A stretch of DNA of 64,000 bases from contig CM120640.1 in assembly GCA_051362555.1 (NCBI GenBank), positions 63,404,788 to 63,468,787 of the forward strand, given 5' to 3'. The translations under genes and the position numbers were made by a program. The stretch is from Lingula anatina. Lineage: Eukaryota; Animalia; Brachiopoda. Of this stretch, positions 61,905 to 64,000 are shown piece by piece. The first letter of the stretch is position 1; the number at the start of each line of letters is the position of its first letter. The notes below the pieces were generated by a model, which was not told the DNA's origin, searched no databases, and was given only the letters and a program-made list of their open reading frames with translations.

Positions 61905-64000
61905 CCTACTCATGACCGTTGGCCCGTAGTCTTTCTTTTGCCACGTCTGTCCGCGATGGTTCCAATGATTATCTGGTGCAGAAAACTAACAAGCGTCGAA
62001 ATACATGGAAGTAAAATACATCCCATTTCAACAAATGCAAATCTGTGTTCATAATAGGCGATCTACTATATATTTTTGTGAGAGAACGTATCAGAGGATA
62101 TTTCTTAAACCCCCATCTATTTTAGAAATTGATAAAAAGATGTTGACATGCAGCACCGCTCAATATTTTGTGCTGTCCTTTTTATTAAAAAAATTTTTCT
62201 TTTGATGTTGAAAAGTACTAATGGATATGGGAGGCTTTCTCGAAAATGTGTCGACAAAATTATTGTACATACCAGACCAGCCTTCGATCTCCCCTTTGCC
62301 CCCTGAAAAAGTCAAATGTGAGAAAATAATCAAGACAGGATTGACATGTAAAGAAAATCTCAATAAAACTGTATAGGTATATGTTGAAGCAGAAATTCTG
62401 CTTTTAACTATTGTAATGACATACACAAATGTATGCGACTGTGCAAATATTTGATTTACAAGTTAATTAAGGTGCTTCAGTAACGAATAATGGAAATGGA
62501 AAATCATCACAATGACTTATTTAACTACTCTATGATATAAGTTTAGTAACAACCAAATGGCTTTCGTTGCGTGATATAACAAACATGAACTAGATTAGAA
62601 ATAAGAAAAAGAATTGTACCGATTAAAGAAAGGTTGAATTCATGCAGGAGTCCGTTTAGCAAAAAAGCTATAATTATATATCGAAAATAAATGATAACCA
62701 ACCACATCGGTGCTTTAACATTGTGTGGAAAATATTCAGTGTGTGTTGATCTATATTCTAACATCAATAAACTTGAAAGCATATTATAACGTGAAGTTGT
62801 TATCCGTGTCTTATTTGATATGTGCTCTTTGCCTTATTCACATGCGGGTTAATCAGTCTTTCCTGACCCAAATAACGTTTCTGGGCTTTAATGTACGGTT
62901 GCAGTGTTTTGTGTTTACATAGTTGCCAAGGATAAAATGAAATAAAGCGCGCGCAGTAGTAGCAATCTCTGCTGTGCAGCACTGAATGTCTGGGACTTTA
63001 GCTTATCCATCAAGCACGGCCCGTTACCATGCAAATGTTGATAAGTGATAAATCACTCCTTGCTATGCGGGTCCAAACAATTTTCCCTGAGTCAAACCTT
63101 CTCGAATGATCAGTTATATACAATAAGAGAAATTCCACAGAAGGCACTTGACACAAACTACATACAAAATATATGTATTCAGGTTTAGATATCATGTGAC
63201 AGAATACTTGCTAAATCGAAATACTAAGTCAGTGATCGGAGTAATGTGTGCCTACAAATGCGTACTGATAAACAGTTGAAATGTGAAAAAATCCTAAAAT
63301 GTTAACCGTATATAAAACAAGTAGCAATTTTTATGGCCATTCAAACTCTTTCGATAGGGTTACTCACCTTTTTCTTGGACATTTTAATTCATTTATATAA
63401 TGGCCCTCGTGGAGCGGCGGTCATCTTATTCACTCTGTGTTCAATACACCTCGACTCCTACTGGCGGAAATTTATAAGCAATCGTCTCTTCGAGTTTCCT
63501 CTGCCTATTTCAGAATCCAAAGAAATTTAACATCAACTGGATTATTTTTCTTACACTAGGTATATCCGAGCATAACTACCCCAGTAAAAGTGGACTCTGA
63601 TATTTGTTTCCCTCTTCGCGCAGGTCTCTAAACAGTATGACTTGACATACATACACACAGGGCATCATAGCCGATTGCACACCACTATCGGCGTGCGTGT
63701 GAAGCAGTGGTTGCATAGTGATACGCTCTCAATACTAATGTAAATACGTATGGCTAGTAGTACACACGCGCTATTCATACCCATTCAGTACATTTATGTT
63801 CACAAACTGTTGTTTGAAAGTTTGCTGTATACATTTCTTCAGATTGCGGAACAAAGATGTCTACCTAATCCACTTTCTCATAAATACAGATATTTGAATG
63901 CTTTCTGTATCAACAGCCGTTTTGGTAAATATTATTCATTCTCTACGGATGACTAGCCATCAAATACAAACTTGAATTAAGATTACTATATGGAGCCTAT

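Noticed and set aside
61950-64000. Possible further gene at the right edge
   Set aside because: Only short ORFs without motifs; no supportable exon structure or RNA gene was found.

Overview
AT-rich, intron-rich animal genomic DNA; a marine invertebrate, probably a mollusc, is inferred from gene and repeat content. It is not prokaryotic. Six protein-coding genes were reconstructed by hand from splice sites. (1) The 5' part of a MAP1/futsch microtubule-associated protein gene (- strand, ATG 19317, runs off the left edge). (2) A complete UBA6 ubiquitin E1 gene with 35 coding exons (+, 22798-39578), head-to-head with MAP1, with a GC-AG intron and Met in place of the usual Thr after the catalytic Cys. 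(3) A secreted coiled-coil C-type lectin (EPN/WND) nested antisense in a UBA6 intron. (4, 5) Two tandem secreted proteinase-K/subtilisin (S8) paralogs with identical 5-exon architecture but unrelated N-terminal extensions, a 148-bp near-identical tract over the catalytic Asp/His, and an aberrant SLRW substrate-binding strand. (6) CABCOCO1/C10orf107-like ciliary gene (-, 57799-60912). Mobile DNA includes a 5'-truncated RTE-X-like LINE, several MITEs, a two-copy TTAA/Kolobok-like element and many TACATGTA octamers that look like Tc1/mariner excision footprints. The most interesting candidate system is the S8 protease pair: paralog A carries a Pro/Trp/Lys-rich segment ending in a polybasic convertase site. 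All calls come from reading the sequence and recalled family motifs; no searches were run.
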